Origin: Mayamaea pseudoterrestris
Lineage: Eukaryota
Direction of reading: 5' to 3'
Assembly: GCA_027923505.1 (NCBI GenBank)
Contig: BROI01000001.1
Span: forward strand, 2,542,001 to 2,606,000
Length of the DNA: 64,000 bases
In this document: positions 58,716-64,000 of the stretch, piece after piece
Layout of the letters: each line of letters opens with the position of its first letter
Numbering within the stretch: position 1 is the stretch's first letter
The notes under the pieces: generated by a model
What the model saw: the letters and a program-made list of their open reading frames with translations, nothing else
Told to the model about the DNA's origin: nothing
Databases searched by the model: none
Program-made: the position numbers and the translations under genes

Positions 58716-60525
58716 CTAGGTTGCCGCTGGCTGCTCCCAACCAGCTGTCACCAAGTTGTCTGAAATGATTTCGCGGTGGCAAGACCAAACGAGCTGAATA
58801 GCTTCGGGAGTTCCAATGCCTGCTCCACGAGGATCACCGGCAGGTCCAAACCAATGGTTCTGGGGCGCTCCAGTAGTACGAGCGCGACGGCCAACGTATG
58901 TTGTGCCGTTGACAGTATGTGACAAGACCTTGGAGCAAAAGTCAACATCGTTTGAAACAATGGCAGCGGTCAAGTGATGAGACATTCCTTCCAGTGCAGC
59001 CAAAACAGTGTCAAGCGTGTCATCGTTGTAGAAAGTAATGACCTGAAATGGACCAAATATTTCCGTCGTGCAGTTGTCAAAGTTTTCTAGCTTCATCAAT
59101 TCCTCGAGTGGCACAAACACGGCCGTAGGCTCGACCGCTCCATACTTTTCAGGTATATTGTGAGTGTGCAATTCCTTTCCGCCCCACAAGACTTCAGCTC
59201 CGGCAATACTGCCCAAAGCACTCGTATGGTCCAGAAATGCCTTGGTTGTCACAGTCAAGGTTGGTCCGACAGTGAAGTCCTCTAGCTTGCGGGACAAGGC
59301 ATTGGCCTTCATCTTTTCCATCAATCCACTTTCCTTCCAGTTCTCATGAATGAAACAAATTGATTGCGCCGAGCACTTTTGCCCAATCGAAGCGTACGCA
59401 TCCTGGTCGCACTGCCAGGCCACATAGTCAACATCGCCCACATCTGGTCCAATCACCTTCCAGTCAAAGCCAGCATCCTCCAGTCGCACCTTGCCATGCG
59501 TCGCCCTGGATAATAGCTCGCCCACTTTGCTCGACCCGGTGAATTGTGTCAGCCGCACCGGCGTTTGCATGATGATTTGCTGCGCCACTGGACCTTGGCA
59601 GTTCAAAAAGTCGACATCGGTTGTTTCCATTCCGCAGTGATGCAATAATCGAATGAATTGTTCCATGACAATAGAAACTTGCTCGGACGGCTTTAGCACT
59701 GGCTTGTTGCCCATGTACAAGGCCCCCATGAGCTGCAAGACTGGAATCTCGAGCGGAAAATTGAACGGCGTGACAATCGCCACTGGTCCATACGGCCAGC
59801 GATGTCCCACGCTAAACTGTCCATAGTGATCACCCGGCACGCCAAAGGACTTTGCCAGTCGTCGCACATTGTCACCGGCAAAGTTGTTCAAAAAGGCGGA
59901 CGTTACCTTGACCTCGCCAAAGGCTTGGGCGTGCGACTTTGGAACGCAGGCGCGAATGAGTTGCGTGAAGAATTCGGCAACGTTTGGTTGGCAGAGCGCG
60001 TCGCCGGCCTGTAGATTGATTGAATTAAAGAAGGATAAGTCAATGAGGGAGTGTTATGCTAGATCAAATATGTTGAACATGATGTGACTGAGCGCACAAT
60101 CTGCAGAGCAAGCACATGTCAATCTGCACACTTACACGCCTCGAAATTTCTCCATATTCCACGTAGCGATGAGAATCCTTGATTGGATTGTGCAATCCAC
60201 TCTTTGGAACCTTGCGGAGCGACTCGACGAATGGCTTTATCTCATCCTCCTGCACGTCACAAATTCGAAAAATGGGCGGCTTGTTTTTCTCGAGCGGATG
60301 AATAATGTCAATTATCTTTTGACAATCCGTCTTCCATTCCCCATTCACCAAGTTTGGAACCAAATATGCAGCATCACTGCTGGAACCAAGGTCTGCGGGG
60401 TCGACGGTGGCCCAGGATGGAAGGGAGGACATGGCTCGTACTAGCGGTGCGGTCAAGGGCGCATGATGAATGATGCGGCGACAGGCGACGCTGCTGCTCA
60501 GTGGTCGCTTGAGAAGCGACAACAT
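58716..60525 (-). CDS. P5CDH: Delta-1-pyrroline-5-carboxylate dehydrogenase (ALDH12 type); exons 60525-60136, 60008-58716
   Basis: RWPYGPVAIVTPFNFPLEIP, FTGSS, LEDAGFDWK, GQKCSAQS, EIFGPFQ, TTGAPQNHWFGPAGDPRGAGIGT. Confidence 0.96.
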
Positions 60526-60694
60526 CTTTTTATGAACAATTTGTATATGCGATAGTTTGACAATTGAACGTAAGAAAGACCCGTTCCAAACAATCGATTG
60601 CAGTTTAACAAGATCGCTTCCAAATTGTGACGAAGGGACGGCCTTTTGCGTCTCGTCGCGGCGCGCGCCATGGTGGACGTGACGATCGGCTTCT

Positions 60695-60712
60695 TTTTGT
60701 GACGTCACAAAA
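60695..60712. promoter_or_regulatory. Perfect 18-bp palindrome with TGACGTCA bZIP core in a divergent promoter
   Basis: TTTTGTGACGTCACAAAA between the head-to-head P5CDH and carrier genes. Confidence 0.55.
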
Positions 60713-60796
60713 TAGCTGCATTGTGTCGGAGCGGTATCAAGACATCATAGCAAAAAATCACCATGGCCGACCTCACATTTTGCGCGACGAAAAAAC

Positions 60797-61813
60797 ATGA
60801 AGTCAAAGCGACTAGCACATCTCCTACTTACTAGCTTGCTAGTTGCTTCAGCATCATCATCTCATGGTCCATTGTCCGTCATTCAAGGAGGTGCAGCATC
60901 TGCCGCTTCCGCGCTGCGGAACGATGGCGGCCCACTCCAAACCTTTGTCCGCACCATTCAGGAATCCAAGCGCCACTTGATTGCGGCAGCGTGCGCCCGA
61001 AGCTCCTCCATCTTTCTCATGTTCCCCGTGGATACCATCAAGACTCGCATTCAAATGGAGCAGCCAAACGCGCTTCGACTGAGCGGTCTCTACAATGGTG
61101 TCGGCGGATCGCTGCTGGGACAGGTTCCCTACGGCGTCCTGACCTTTGGATCGTACGAAATGTACAAGCGCGCCTTGATCAAACGGTTTCCCAGCGTGAA
61201 ACCAGTCTTCATGTACGCCGTGGCGGCAGTCATGGGTGACTTGACGGGAAGCGGTTGGCTGTGTCCGTCGGAGGTGGTCAAGCAGCAAATGCAGGCGGGC
61301 ATGTATTCGACGACGAATGAAGCAGTTTCGAGTATATTGCGAAACAAGGGGATTGTTGGACTGTATCAGGGATACTTTGGAGGTATCGCGCGAGACGTGC
61401 CCTTTCGGGTATCGCAGCTGTGTTCCTACGAAATTACCAAAAATTTGTATCTGCGCATCAAGTCTAGAAACCAAGCGACGGAGCAAAGGCGATTTAGAAG
61501 AAGAAATGCAACTCCAGTCAAGCCTTTGGAGCTGTCCCCGCTGGAGACTGCCGTGTGTGGAGCTGTCTCGGGGTCATTTTCGGCGGCAATTACAGCGCCT
61601 CTCGATCGAATCAAGACACTACTCATGACGGATAGTTCTGCCTATGGAGGCAGCGTTGCGTCGTGCGCGGCGCATATATACAGGCAACGAGGCTTGCCTG
61701 GCTTCTTTGAAGGCGTTGTCCCCAGAGTTGTCTACATTGCGCCATCTGTTGTTTGTTTCTTCATTGTATACGAGCAAGTGCAGCAGCGACTGGAGCAGAG
61801 CTGGAACAAGTAG
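60797..61813 (+). CDS. Mitochondrial carrier family protein (SAM-carrier-like) with N-terminal signal peptide
   Basis: Three PX[DE]XX[KR] signatures: PVDTIKTRIQ, PSEVVKQQMQ, PLDRIKTLLM; RDVPF. Confidence 0.92.
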   Translation: MKSKRLAHLLLTSLLVASASSSHGPLSVIQGGAASAASALRNDGGPLQTFVRTIQESKRHLIAAACARSSSIFLMFPVDTIKTRIQMEQPNALRLSGLYNGVGGSLLGQVPYGVLTFGSYEMYKRALIKRFPSVKPVFMYAVAAVMGDLTGSGWLCPSEVVKQQMQAGMYSTTNEAVSSILRNKGIVGLYQGYFGGIARDVPFRVSQLCSYEITKNLYLRIKSRNQATEQRRFRRRNATPVKPLELSPLETAVCGAVSGSFSAAITAPLDRIKTLLMTDSSAYGGSVASCAAHIYRQRGLPGFFEGVVPRVVYIAPSVVCFFIVYEQVQQRLEQSWNK

Positions 61814-61859
61814 AAGGCATCGTGATCATAGCTATTAATTACCTTTTGTTTGTCTATTT

Positions 61860-64000
61860 CTATGTTTGATCTGCTTGTCCCAAACTCTTTTGAGCCGTCG
61901 CAAGTAATATTTCCGTCTGCAGTAACGTGAGTGCCTCCTTTAAATCGTCCGCAGCGGAGTCACGACCAGCTTGCACGTCCACGTACAACTCGTCGGCATT
62001 GGCGACCTCAGGAATATCGGAAGATAGTACGAGCGCTTTTGAAGCTGTTTCAAGAGCGGATGTGAGCGGAACAGGGTCAGCGACTTTGCTCGTTCTCGCG
62101 AAACGATGACCATATGATGCGGCAAGTAGGACGCTTCCGACTGGTCCTAGAAGGTATTCCGTCGACCGTAAATCTTCAGCTGGGGGTAAGGCTACTCTTT
62201 TGTCAGCCAGAGCGCGATGAATGACGGTCGTTGCCATTGTTTTGGAAGCATTAGCCGTTTCGCTGAGGAGAATTGTATTCCAATCCTTACCCAGATCTGA
62301 TCCGGGACGACAACATTGTGCGATTGTATCAAAGCTTTTCTCGACGAAAGAGTATCGGTCATCTTGGCTCGTTTGGTCACGTCTTCTATGCAATAGACGA
62401 AACAGGAATAAGTTTGTGAAGATTGTTAGATACAGACGCGACGCCGCAGGTTGACTTACTCTGTTGGAGTTGGCATGTACAGTGTGCCGTACATTAATCG
62501 CAATTTCGGCATGGCAGCATTTAAAACTTGATCTGTCTGAAGTAGATTCAGTTTGAGCCACTCGCGGGCGTACTGGAACTGCACCGAAACATTATCGTTA
62601 TTAGCAACAACAGCATTTGCTTCTTCCAGGGCAGCCAGCAGCGCCTCCTTCCGACGAGTCGCTGCATCAATGACAGCAAGCAGTCCAACGAAAGCTTCGG
62701 TTTCAGCTACACGACGGACAGCTTCCACTTTAGTATCTAGGCCTGTATTGTCCATGTTAGGCTTCTTTCCTGATGTAGGGCTTGGATATGGATCGAAGAC
62801 CAACGACTCTTGCATCTCTATTCGTCGCTCGATCGGCGGCAAGCGAAGTGCATCATTGATCGTGCCTTTGACGCTACCACAAAAGGACATAGTGGGTGTA
62901 CCAAGCCGGCGACTGCGCGAAAGAAGGTTGGCCGGGCCTCCATGACTGGCGACGTCATAATCTGCACAAATTTCGCTTCCAAACTCCTTCCTATCGTACA
63001 AAACAAGATAGGAGAATGCTCTTGTCTCATGTGTCAATACCGTACCTCGAAGAATGATATCATGCTTGGCGCTGTATACGCTGACAGTTGTGCCGAATGG
63101 AATAGGTGCTGGGATATCGAAATCAACGCTCGCCAAGGCCAACTTCATGGCGTTGTGTTGTACAAGTCTCACTCTTGCCCTGTATTTTCGTAGCCCTTCC
63201 AGCTGGGACTCAACAAAGCGACGACTGAAACGTCGAATATTCTTTTTGACTCGTCGGCGTATCACTCTCCACTCGGATGTCGTCAGCTTCACGTCCGGGC
63301 TCAACCCTAGGCGAGCAACCTCTTCCCGTATCTCATTCCGACTGAACCTGTTCGGAATAATCACAACAATTAGATATCAAAGCGCTGGCTACCAAAGCAA
63401 AGATTTGAAGCACCTACCATTCTCGATCAATATCGCTGTAAAAGAATTCACGGGACGCAAAAGCTCGAGTGGGTCCTTTTCTTAATGAGCGCACCAGCCT
63501 CATACAAAGCGCGGCATATGTTTTGTCAGAGTGACGCTGCCGCGGCGGATTTAGAGCTGATGAGTACGTTCTATTGATGGTCTCCCAACGAGGAAGACGA
63601 AATTCAATACCAGCAGCTTTTATCGCAGGAGGAATCTTGGCCAAGACCATGCTGTGGTATAGCTCTTTTGTTTCTGACCCGTCAAAAGCACTTGCGCTAA
63701 TGGAGAGATTGCGAGTGCGTCTTCTCAAATGCCGTTTCAAGCATAAATCCTTAGCGGTAACTCGTTTCATTGGCACTTTTGAGGCTTGTTTACCAGCATC
63801 CCGCAAGCTTATACCTCCCATCGACCCATTTGCCTGTGAGAAGGAATGGCTAGTGAGTATGGCATACGCGTACAAGTACAAACATATACCGAGTACGTTG
63901 CACGACTTACCATATCCATCGTTCCATCATGTACTGAACCATTAACAACAAGCCGCCCAATTCGAATTACTTTGGATTTCAAAAAAGAGAGCCCATTGGG
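61860..64000 (-). CDS. LIN-9/ALWAYS EARLY-like DIRP-domain protein (5' end outside window); introns 63910-63834, 63417-63348, 62459-62386
   Basis: EFFYSDIDREW|FSRNE...LTTSEWRVIRRRV...RRFSRRFVESQLEGLRKYRARVRLVQ is the DIRP motif, followed by a Tudor-like segment. Confidence 0.85.

Noticed and set aside
29590..64000. Apparent clustering of mitochondrial (LYR, NDUFB3, BCKDHA, P5CDH) or cell-cycle (cyclin, LIN-9) genes
   Set aside because: Interspersed with unrelated genes on both strands; compatible with chance in a compact genome.

Overview
Eukaryotic nuclear DNA, most likely from a diatom (inferred from the 18S 5' sequence, diatom-type Copia gag/pol motifs, a diatom-type cyclin and kinase, bipartite-type presequences and short GT-AG introns; species not determined). 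Bases 1-21568 form a large imperfect palindrome. Two 28S rRNA copies face each other tail-to-tail around about 16 kb of nested, mostly decayed Ty1/Copia remnants. That nest holds a second, 4.5-kb inverted duplication and two near-identical 329-bp LTRs, one followed by a putative half-tRNA-Asn primer site. The right rDNA unit is complete (18S-ITS1-5.8S-ITS2-28S, minus strand) and is followed upstream by ordinary genes rather than another tandem unit. From about 27.8 kb on is compact gene-dense sequence: LYR protein, protein kinase, cyclin, JmjC, UBX, NDUFB3, BCKDHA, PGAM-like, Fab1/PIKfyve, MFS, SAP-domain protein, a large unknown signal-peptide protein, an Orai-like 4-TM protein, P5CDH, a mitochondrial-carrier-family protein and LIN-9/ALY. 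Part of the inner palindrome may be a long-read assembly artefact. All alignments were done by eye.
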